Part shown: in pieces, positions 8,537-16,349 of the stretch
Numbering within the stretch: the stretch's first letter is position 1
How the letters are laid out: every line of letters starts with the position of its first letter
Origin: a virus
Virus record (IMG/VR): IMGVR_UViG_3300042291_000228
Span: 1-64,000 of that record
Reading direction: 5' to 3' (one strand)
DNA length: 64,000 nt
The notes under the pieces: model-generated
What the model saw: the letters and a program-made list of their open reading frames with translations, nothing else
Databases searched by the model: none
What the model was told of the DNA's origin: nothing
Translations under genes and position numbers: made by a program

Positions 8537-10039
8537 TCATGCTTTTCCTATTTGTTTGGTGAGATATTGTATCATGCGTTGTCGATCTTTAGTATTTAAC
8601 TGCATTATTGACTTTTTAATTTCTGCATATCCGCCAGTTGCCGCTTGAGCTGCAGGCTCAGAAGAGATTTTTAAATCTGCGTAGACTTTTTTCACTACAT
8701 CGTCGCCGACTCCAGCGCCAGTTAAAATTTTGGCTACTTCTTCGCTGTCTGTAGGGCTTCCAGCTTTTTGCCAGGCTGAATTTAATTTGTCAGCAGTGAA
8801 CTTAGTTGTTAAATTTTTACCAACAGTTTTTAGTTTGTTCATGCCTTTGGCGGCAGCACCTTTGATAAAATCCAATGGGCCTTCGTTCAATTGTTGCTGT
8901 GCGCAAACTCGATTGAACACCATGTAGATCTGACCTTCACTTAATTTTTTACCATTAGTAGTAAATCCTTCTTTTGCTGCTGGTTTTTCGCCTGCTGCGC
9001 CTGCTGCTTGACCAGCGGCTGCTCCACCAACAGCTGATGCTGCCTGTGTTAGGCCTTTGATCCACTGTAATAAACTATCATTGTTTAATGCAAGATCTTT
9101 TGCAGCACCTGCAATATCTTTCATTTGTGCTTTATAATCCGCAGAATGCACCATTCTGCCAAGTCGTTGAAGTTCAGTAAATGCTGTAGTATCTCCATTC
9201 TGCATGGCCTTTATTGCTGATCTAATTCCCGATGCTGCATCTGCATCAACAACAACATCGAACCCTTGAGTCATTTCAGTATGTTCCATACCAAACGAAC
9301 TCAACTTTCGTGTTGCCTTATAACTTATTGTTTCAAGTCCAGTATCACCAATTGGAATAGACTTTTCACGTAGGCCCGCAGCCCACTTACCAACACCAGC
9401 CATTGCGGCTGCTGTAATACCTGCAACAATACCTGCTGTTGCTCCACGTCCGATCGCGGTTGAAGCTTTTTGACCTTGTAGCAACCGGTCAGCAATATTA
9501 ACAATGCCCACGGCAATTGCAGTTCCTGTTCCAATGGCCAACACGCTTGCACCTACACCGCCTGCTACTGCAACACCCAATGCTGCGGCAACAGAGCCTG
9601 CAATACCCAGTAAGAATTTGTGTAGTTTAGGATTATTCTTGGCATACTCACCGTACTTGGCCAAACTAGCAGCTAGTTTTGGATTTTCAGCAGCAATCTT
9701 TGATTTGATCTCTTCAAATTTTTGATCAAATGCTTTAACTGGACTACTGTCCTGTAGCATGCCTCCAAACTTATTAAACCAAACATCACTGATTTTACCT
9801 GGAGCAGCTTTGGCAGCATCTAGGCCTTTGCCCAACATACTACGATCAGATCCTTTTTCAACAGCCGTGAATAGCTGTTGTATTTGATCAGGAGTTAATG
9901 CAACTTCACAAAGAACAGGATGTATTTCTTTTTCCCATTTAGTAAAGTAAGTATCTCCTTGACCAATGCTTTCAAATATACTTTTACGAGAAGTATATTC
10001 AGAAGTATCAGATGTCAGTAGTAGATTATGAATTTTCAT
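8537..10039 (-). CDS. probable internal head / ejected protein with hydrophobic segments
   Basis: 500 aa, late promoter upstream, LSEG/LNEG motifs, Gly/Ala hydrophobic stretch, C-terminal module shared with the neighbouring gene. Confidence 0.5.
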   Translation of the reverse strand: MKIHNLLLTSDTSEYTSRKSIFESIGQGDTYFTKWEKEIHPVLCEVALTPDQIQQLFTAVEKGSDRSMLGKGLDAAKAAPGKISDVWFNKFGGMLQDSSPVKAFDQKFEEIKSKIAAENPKLAASLAKYGEYAKNNPKLHKFLLGIAGSVAAALGVAVAGGVGASVLAIGTGTAIAVGIVNIADRLLQGQKASTAIGRGATAGIVAGITAAAMAGVGKWAAGLREKSIPIGDTGLETISYKATRKLSSFGMEHTEMTQGFDVVVDADAASGIRSAIKAMQNGDTTAFTELQRLGRMVHSADYKAQMKDIAGAAKDLALNNDSLLQWIKGLTQAASAVGGAAAGQAAGAAGEKPAAKEGFTTNGKKLSEGQIYMVFNRVCAQQQLNEGPLDFIKGAAAKGMNKLKTVGKNLTTKFTADKLNSAWQKAGSPTDSEEVAKILTGAGVGDDVVKKVYADLKISSEPAAQAATGGYAEIKKSIMQLNTKDRQRMIQYLTKQIGKA

Positions 10040-10062
10040 TATTATTCCAAAGCCTTATACGT

Positions 10063-10070
10063 TATTTATT
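10063..10070 (-). promoter_or_regulatory. late promoter AATAAATA
   Basis: Same motif as at other structural operons, 23 nt upstream of ATG 10039. Confidence 0.6.
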
Positions 10071-10074
10071 ACAG

Positions 10075-10585
10075 ATATGAGCTAAAGCTCATATTCGTTT
10101 TCGCTTGTCGCTCAACGAATTTTCTTTCTCTTAACATTGATTACATTAAGTGCGAAGCACTTTAAATATTATCTAGATTGTTCAGTCACACTTAGCCCTG
10201 ACGGGCTAAAAATGAACATTATCTGAGTTGCACAATGTCACATAGCGTTACAGCATTACCAAGGCGGTCGTCCGGTACCTTTAGCTGCGTCTTAATACGA
10301 CGGCGGGTCTGCAAATATACGCTAACATACTTACAGCCGTGGGTTCTTCACCCTCTTTTAGCCTTGAATAACTTTTTCTTGTACAGTAAACCGGTTCTAT
10401 TAGGCATATCCGATCATGGTCCTGTTAAGGATACTACTGTTACAACCCCTCTACCAAGTAGGGAATTCCATTGACTGCGATCCGAGATCCAGCTTTAAGG
10501 GCACACTTGCAACGCCGGTGCGGGCTTATTTGGCAGTTATTTGCCTGGATTTATTGAGCCTAGGTGTGCCTTGCGGCAGTGTGTG
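10075..10585 (-). ncRNA. candidate large structured non-coding RNA (boundaries approximate)
   Basis: Only long intergenic region in the window; visibly GC-richer; many hairpins; G-U pairs and a GNRA loop favour the - strand; a long-range helix joins 10278-10287 and 10490-10500. Confidence 0.6.
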
Positions 10586-10589
10586 TTTG

Positions 10590-11024
10590 TTAAATTTTAG
10601 GTTTTTTGAGGATGTGTGAGCCGTGAACTCGAACCTGTATGTGACCGTTGTACCAGTCAGTTGATTCTAGAACTTTGTGTTTAAATTGTTCTCTTGCCTC
10701 GATGTAGCTGCATTCTGATTTGTTTTTGCAGTAGAATAGAATTTCTCTGGTGAAGTTTTCTTTGCCTAAGGCCTGTATGTCTGCTGTTAAAGCATCACTA
10801 GAACCATAATAGTCCTTCCAATCGCTTTCAATTTTGCCTCTAATTTTCTTTTTCTTCTTTTTGCCGTTCTTCAAAGTCACTGTTTTATAAGTGGTCTTTG
10901 CAAATTTAGCTAGTTTTTTGCCTATATATTTGCGCCCAGAGACGACATTTGTAATAAGATATACGAATCCGATATACTCTTCCGAGATTTCATCAACGAT
11001 TTTTTTCTTATATAACCATGTCAT
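10590..11024 (-). CDS. GIY-YIG endonuclease, catalytic domain only, with Lys-rich insertion
   Basis: GFVYLITN..RKYIGKK, YYGSS, FTREIL, conserved E (YIEARE) and N (WYNG). Confidence 0.85.
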   Translation of the reverse strand: MTWLYKKKIVDEISEEYIGFVYLITNVVSGRKYIGKKLAKFAKTTYKTVTLKNGKKKKKKIRGKIESDWKDYYGSSDALTADIQALGKENFTREILFYCKNKSECSYIEAREQFKHKVLESTDWYNGHIQVRVHGSHILKKPKI

Positions 11025-11254
11025 CCCTTATGTATCTTAGGGGGCCTTCCTACCATGCCTTTTCTGGCTTGTTTTCGTATTTCTCGTTTTTCCTGTATTT
11101 CTACTCGTCGTATACTTGCCTGATCTCTAATTTCTGATAGTGCGTTTCTTGCCTTAATGCCTGCTTCGTCTGAATTTTTATATTCAAAACGATCCTGCCA
11201 TTTGAAATATTCCTGAAAGGCCTGGATCATTTTGTCGTGCGCTTCTGTGGTCAA
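11021..11254 (-). CDS. small basic helical protein, possibly Hc1 (histone H1-like) family
   Basis: AGIKARNALSEIR..RRVEIQEKR helical-hairpin pattern with a basic tail; coupled to both neighbours. Confidence 0.4.
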   Translation of the reverse strand: MTTEAHDKMIQAFQEYFKWQDRFEYKNSDEAGIKARNALSEIRDQASIRRVEIQEKREIRKQARKGMVGRPPKIHKG

Positions 11255-13029
11255 GCAACAATCTCCACATCGTTGCTGTAACTTGTAAATCCGTTCTCCT
11301 TGATAACTTTGAGCACGTGATTAACACGACTGGTTAGATCATCTCTATGCGAGATTAGGAAAACATTCTTGTTGCGTTCACGAGTCATCTTCTTGAGCAC
11401 AGCAATACTTGATTCAACTCCGCTGGCATCCATACCTGAATCCACAAGTTCGTCAATAAACAATAGATTAATAGCCTGGTATAGGTTTTCCCACACATCG
11501 CGGAATGCCCACGATAAGGATAGAATCAGTCTGTTACGTTCACCCCTACTGAGATTGTCAAAGTCTAGATCCTGTCCCAACTGTGTGATAATTACAGTGA
11601 GATCATTTTGAAATTCTACAGTGTGCGGCAGGCCAATCTTGTCTAGATAATAGGTCAATCGTTGATTGAGATAGGCTAAGTTTTGATCAATTATGCGTTT
11701 ACGGATAAAACTGTCTTTGTTGGTTAACAACTTGTGTAAAAACTCTTGATGATCTTTGATTCTGATTATCTCATTAAGATTGTCATAGTCAATGACCTGA
11801 ACTGCGGTGTGTTTTAATTCTTCAATCTGTTCAAGATAGGGATTGGTTTCGCCTGCTTTGATCTCTATGTCACGTTCGAATCCGCTGAGTGTATTTTTGT
11901 GATTCAACGCCTGTTCTAGATTGTCGTAGATCACTGCGGGCATTTCACCTAGTTCACCTAACTTTTTAACAGCATCAGTATGTTCCAACAATTGTGTATT
12001 AGTTGCTAATGCCTGCAAGGCAGTTTCTTGCAGATCTTTACGTTTCTTTTCTAATAACGCTACCTGTTTGTCATCGTGAAAACCTTGTCCACAACTATAA
12101 CAGGTATGATTTTCTAAACTAGCAATGTCTGCTTTAAGTTTATCCATCTCTTTGATTTCTCTAGATTCGTCTAGCTCGCACCGTTTGATCCAGCTAGTGA
12201 GATCGTTGATAGCCTTACGTTTCGTGTTGTAGACATCTAATGCTCTATGTGCGGCAATTTCTTGATCGATATCTATGTCTAGAAGCTTTTCAATTGCTCT
12301 GGCAAGATTAGTGATGCTGGTTTCATTTTGCTCTTCCCACATCTTTTGTTTACGTTCTAGTGACTCTATGCTTTGTTGTATGCGATCGTTAGATATTTTT
12401 ATAGTTTCAATCTTGGTATTTTCTGTAACTATAGAATCCTTGCTGATCTTGATTAATTCTTTAAGAGCCTCGGCTTTTTCACTCAACAAGGTAATACCTA
12501 GTAGTTGTTCAATGATGGCTCGTTGATCCGCAGCCTTCATCGACAGAAACGGTTCTGTGTAAGTGTTTAAGGCCACAAGATGTTTAAACATGTCATGAGT
12601 CATACCAAATACATCTTCGATGGATTTTTGTGTTTCTCTACTGTCGCCTTGACTTTCATCTTGATCTAGATTTTCTTGTTCTCGTCCATTAACAGTAAAC
12701 TTTAAAACGTTGGGCTTACGACCTCTTTCTATGTGATAGTCAACTCCATCCTTTTCAAAACTCATAGTAACCAACATGCCTTTGCCGTTGATTTTGTTTA
12801 CAAGATTATCTTTCTTGATGTTTGTCAGTGCATTGCCGTAGATGGCATAGCTGAGACCGTTGATAATAGTAGTTTTACCTGTGCCATTTCGAGCTCCACT
12901 GTCGTCGCCACCTAGGTCAAGGTTTTCGCCTAAGACCAAAGTAAGTTGTCCGCGATCAAAATCAATAGCCTGTGTTTGTGCGCCCACACTCATGAAATTG
13001 CGCACGGTTAAATTTTTAATCTTAATCAT
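11251..13029 (-). CDS. gp46: recombination ATPase, T4 gp46 / SbcC-Rad50
   Basis: Walker A NGTGKTT, coiled coil, zinc hook CYSC, signature LSRGE, Walker B LFIDE, ISH. Confidence 0.95.
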   Translation of the reverse strand: MIKIKNLTVRNFMSVGAQTQAIDFDRGQLTLVLGENLDLGGDDSGARNGTGKTTIINGLSYAIYGNALTNIKKDNLVNKINGKGMLVTMSFEKDGVDYHIERGRKPNVLKFTVNGREQENLDQDESQGDSRETQKSIEDVFGMTHDMFKHLVALNTYTEPFLSMKAADQRAIIEQLLGITLLSEKAEALKELIKISKDSIVTENTKIETIKISNDRIQQSIESLERKQKMWEEQNETSITNLARAIEKLLDIDIDQEIAAHRALDVYNTKRKAINDLTSWIKRCELDESREIKEMDKLKADIASLENHTCYSCGQGFHDDKQVALLEKKRKDLQETALQALATNTQLLEHTDAVKKLGELGEMPAVIYDNLEQALNHKNTLSGFERDIEIKAGETNPYLEQIEELKHTAVQVIDYDNLNEIIRIKDHQEFLHKLLTNKDSFIRKRIIDQNLAYLNQRLTYYLDKIGLPHTVEFQNDLTVIITQLGQDLDFDNLSRGERNRLILSLSWAFRDVWENLYQAINLLFIDELVDSGMDASGVESSIAVLKKMTRERNKNVFLISHRDDLTSRVNHVLKVIKENGFTSYSNDVEIVA

Positions 13030-14036
13030 AGGTCGTTGTATATCTCCAACAGCAGACTCTTTTCAAAGGTACCGCTGTCAATGGCGTTTATCTGATTCAT
13101 CACAATGGTATCTACACTTTCAAAATTAATATCGATGGGTGTTGAGTTGGCATCAACTTCAACTTTTTCCGGAATCAACATAAGCTCTCGCAGTTTGTAC
13201 TGGGGCACAAATGTTTCTTTGATGAAATTTGCTTCTTCAAAACTGAGAGGCAAGTCAATGGTCACACGACAGTGCATACGTTCTCGTAGCAATTGATCTG
13301 GCTTGTCAATAATTTGACTCAGTTTATATGTTCTAAAGGTAGGCTGTCCGGGCCAAGACTTAAACTCAGGTGAGCCCCCCCACTCTAGCATCATCATACC
13401 ACGATCATCGTCACCTGCATCTGCATAGTTGTGCGGAAAAGCATTACCAATGTAATGAATATTTCTACTGTGTTGACGTTTGTGAAAGTGCCCTGTAAAC
13501 ACATATTCCTGATTTACAAAATGTCCAGATTGAATTGTGCCGTGATCAGGCATCTGTATCATGGCATTCATATAAAAGCTAGGCAATTCCAAATGTCCGA
13601 ACATATATCTGCTTTTGATATTAGGAATATCTCGCCACTCGTCAGCAACTAGCCAAGGCATAATAGTAACATCGCCTAGAGTTAGTGTTTCTCTAATTGG
13701 AATAATATTAGGAAACAGGCGCATAAACTCTACTGAGTTAATTTCACGCTTGTCTTTGTAGAACAGGTCGTGATTGCCTAGAATGAAATAGACTTTTTCA
13801 AAACTTTGACTTAACTTTTCTAAGTTGCTGACAGTATAGTTCATAGTACTAACATCTGTAGTGCTACGATTATGATGCCAGTCACCTAGAAAGATTGCAG
13901 TTTCGCAACCTTGTGCTTTTGCAGTATCACAAAACCAAGAAACAAAATCTTCGCAATCTTGATTATGTGTGCGACTGCCACCTTTTAGTCCAAAATGTAT
14001 ATCAGTAAAACAAGCTACTTTTTTAAATAGGTTCAT
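13026..14036 (-). CDS. gp47: recombination nuclease, T4 gp47 / SbcD-Mre11
   Basis: Metallophosphoesterase motifs DIHFG, GDWHH, GNHD, GHFH; AAGGAG RBS; coupled to gp46. Confidence 0.95.
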   Translation of the reverse strand: MNLFKKVACFTDIHFGLKGGSRTHNQDCEDFVSWFCDTAKAQGCETAIFLGDWHHNRSTTDVSTMNYTVSNLEKLSQSFEKVYFILGNHDLFYKDKREINSVEFMRLFPNIIPIRETLTLGDVTIMPWLVADEWRDIPNIKSRYMFGHLELPSFYMNAMIQMPDHGTIQSGHFVNQEYVFTGHFHKRQHSRNIHYIGNAFPHNYADAGDDDRGMMMLEWGGSPEFKSWPGQPTFRTYKLSQIIDKPDQLLRERMHCRVTIDLPLSFEEANFIKETFVPQYKLRELMLIPEKVEVDANSTPIDINFESVDTIVMNQINAIDSGTFEKSLLLEIYNDL

Positions 14037-14051
14037 AGAATCTCCTTAGTT

Positions 14052-14081
14052 ATTGTAACATATATACAACAACTAGGTCAA
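14052..14081 (-). promoter_or_regulatory. sigma70-type promoter for gp47-gp46 operon
   Basis: TTGACC-18 nt-TACAAT with TG extension. Confidence 0.65.
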
Positions 14082-14935
14082 TCCCAATCACTACCATCCA
14101 CTGAACTAGTACTCACTGCACCGCTGACTCCGTTTCCGCTGTTCTGTCGAGTCCAACTTGGATTCATTCCATTCATTTCTAAAATATCATCTCGGATATT
14201 TTGATTGCGTTTTTCAATGTTGATGATCCTAACAAAACTGTTGGTAACAGCAGCAGTATAGTAGGCAAAAGGATTGTCCGATTTACTTTCATCGAACTGT
14301 AGGCCGATTTGAGTAAGCTGTAAGATGGCCTGCCCACGCATTTCGTCGTTGTAGGTATACCCTCTAACATTGCCACGAGTGGCATATCTTTCACAGAGTT
14401 TAATAAACATACGAGCTAGATTGTTAGTCATTTGTCCATGTTCTTTGTTGAACTCGCCATCGAGTAATCCACCTTTCCAATGGCTTTTTCCCACGCAGAT
14501 TAAATTATCGTTGTCATCAAACTTCCAATGTTGGAATGGTGGAAAATTTACCTTGTCGTGACTGTCTGCGGTATTTTTCAAAGTCTTTTTACGACCTGGC
14601 GCTAGCGGAATATGATCAAAGGTCATTACACGAAATACCAAATCTTGCTTTTGTACCTTGCGATAGTCCACTTCGAATTCTTTAATGGATATTTTCTTAC
14701 CACCTGCAATCACTGCTGCTTCGTGAGCCTGTTTTGCCATTTTTATAGCTCTATTTCTTTTGGCTTCTGCCACGGTTCTTACATTGATTTTTGCAAGATT
14801 AACAACAATAAGATCGTATTCGCTGTATTCGGGCAGAGTAAAACTACAGTAGGTATTTTTACTAAGATGTATTTCTCGGAGCAAATCCTTGTTGGTAAGG
14901 TATTTGATCTTGGGAGGCTGAGCAATGATAGTCAT
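14078..14935 (-). CDS. gp55: late-transcription sigma factor, T4 gp55-like
   Basis: YLTNKDLL, NVRGYTYNDEM, FDESKSDNPFAYYT, FVRIINIEK; T4 synteny 55-47-46. Confidence 0.9.
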   Translation of the reverse strand: MTIIAQPPKIKYLTNKDLLREIHLSKNTYCSFTLPEYSEYDLIVVNLAKINVRTVAEAKRNRAIKMAKQAHEAAVIAGGKKISIKEFEVDYRKVQKQDLVFRVMTFDHIPLAPGRKKTLKNTADSHDKVNFPPFQHWKFDDNDNLICVGKSHWKGGLLDGEFNKEHGQMTNNLARMFIKLCERYATRGNVRGYTYNDEMRGQAILQLTQIGLQFDESKSDNPFAYYTAAVTNSFVRIINIEKRNQNIRDDILEMNGMNPSWTRQNSGNGVSGAVSTSSVDGSDWD

Positions 14936-14979
14936 TAAATGTTATTCCTTTTAGTAATATAATAGCACATTTTATAAAG

Positions 14980-14987
14980 AATAAATA
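14980..14987 (+). promoter_or_regulatory. late promoter AATAAATA of baseplate operon
   Basis: 19 nt upstream of ATG 15007. Confidence 0.6.
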
Positions 14988-15006
14988 GACAAAACGGATA
15001 TTAATT

Positions 15007-16032
15007 ATGTCATTATCTATAAACCCAATACAAAATCTTGCTTCAAAGATCGGCAGTGAGCTAGGCAATCTGGCCAATGCTGCAAATCAGTCTGCTGGCA
15101 ATTTCAGTATGCCTAATTCAAGTCTTGCCAAACAAAGTTTAGATGCCACTGTAAATAGACTTAGTGGCGGATTTGGCAGCAACTTAAATGGCATTACTGG
15201 AAAATTAAATTCATCTGGTGTTAGTAATTTATCCGGAACTGTGCAAAATTTTGCACAAAACGGTTTATCATCTCTGTCAGATGCTGCCAGCAGTTTTGCC
15301 ACAGCCGGAAAGAGCGTCATTGACAATATTGCATCAGGAGGCAGTATTGCTGGACTGGCCACAGGATTGTTAAGCGGACCAGCACAACAAGCGGCTGCAT
15401 TAGCAAATATAGGACTTGATTTAATTAGTGCTGCCAGAGCAAAAAATATTCCCAGCACCGCCACGTTAGCACTAGGCGAAGAAGCTTCGATAGTGCAGGT
15501 ATATCCCAGTAACGAAGGTGATTGGCGTATAAAAATTGATTCAATGTTCGGACAAATTATTTTTCCAACAACACCCTCTTTCAGTCTATCAAATAAAGCA
15601 AACTACAACAATCAAGAACTAGTCCACGCAAATTTCCCTCATCCTGTGTATAAAAATAGTACTTCAGATGATATTAGTATTAGTGGAGAATTTCCAGTTG
15701 AAACTGAAGAAGATGCTGCTAATTGGCTGCGCACAATTGCTCTAGGTCGTGGGTTGACTAAGATGTTTTTTGGGAATAGTTCTCCGCAAGGAAATCCTCC
15801 TCCAATTTGTACCTTGTCTGGATATGGTGAAGTATTAGGATTTATTCCTGTGGTGATAAAATCTTTTCAGGTTGATTTTAAAGATGATGTTCACTACATA
15901 CTTGCAGCAGGCGCATCCGTGCCTAGACTCAGTACTATACAAATCACTTGCCAGCCTGTGTACAGTAAAAGTTCTCAAAGAGGATTTAATCTTAGCGCAT
16001 ATGTTAATAACGGCGGCAGCATTTCTTTCTAA
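15007..16032 (+). CDS. probable tail-tube initiator / baseplate protein
   Basis: Gly/Ser/Ala-rich N-half; C-half IIFPTTP..Y..H.NF..YKNS..ISISGEF..GNPPPIC resembles tube-fold initiators; first gene of the baseplate operon. Confidence 0.5.
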   Translation: MSLSINPIQNLASKIGSELGNLANAANQSAGNFSMPNSSLAKQSLDATVNRLSGGFGSNLNGITGKLNSSGVSNLSGTVQNFAQNGLSSLSDAASSFATAGKSVIDNIASGGSIAGLATGLLSGPAQQAAALANIGLDLISAARAKNIPSTATLALGEEASIVQVYPSNEGDWRIKIDSMFGQIIFPTTPSFSLSNKANYNNQELVHANFPHPVYKNSTSDDISISGEFPVETEEDAANWLRTIALGRGLTKMFFGNSSPQGNPPPICTLSGYGEVLGFIPVVIKSFQVDFKDDVHYILAAGASVPRLSTIQITCQPVYSKSSQRGFNLSAYVNNGGSISF

Positions 16033-16035
16033 TAT

Positions 16036-16347
16036 ATGGAAATTTATAAAAAAACTAGTCCTTGGTACATAACCAAACAAAATACACTGTATTTGGAATT
16101 ACTGACTCTACGGACGATTCCAATCTCTGATGATGATTTTAAATATGTTATTGAAAATCAATACAAGCATCGTCCGGATCTATTGGCATTTGATCTTTAT
16201 CAAGATGCAAAATTGTGGTGGGTATTTGCACAAAGAAACAGATCAATACTAAAAGATCCTATCTACGATTTTTCGCCCGGAACTACAATTTTCTGTCCAG
16301 CTAAGGCCAATATTAATGCTGCGTTATCAACCACTGCTGGAAGTTAA
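16036..16347 (+). CDS. gp53: baseplate wedge protein, gp53/LysM-like
   Basis: HRPDLLAFDLYQDAKLWWVFAQRN motif. Confidence 0.8.
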   Translation: MEIYKKTSPWYITKQNTLYLELLTLRTIPISDDDFKYVIENQYKHRPDLLAFDLYQDAKLWWVFAQRNRSILKDPIYDFSPGTTIFCPAKANINAALSTTAGS

Positions 16348-16349
16348 TC

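Noticed and set aside
10075-10585. Identification of the region as RNase P RNA, tmRNA, tRNA, group I/II intron or CRISPR array
   Set aside because: No GAGGAAAGUCC, tRNA-like ends, intron core motifs or regularly spaced repeats seen; only two imperfect repeats
10235-10619. Short + strand ORFs (79 and 67 aa) in the long intergenic region
   Set aside because: No RBS, opposite to the local transcription direction, atypical composition; base-pairing explains the region better
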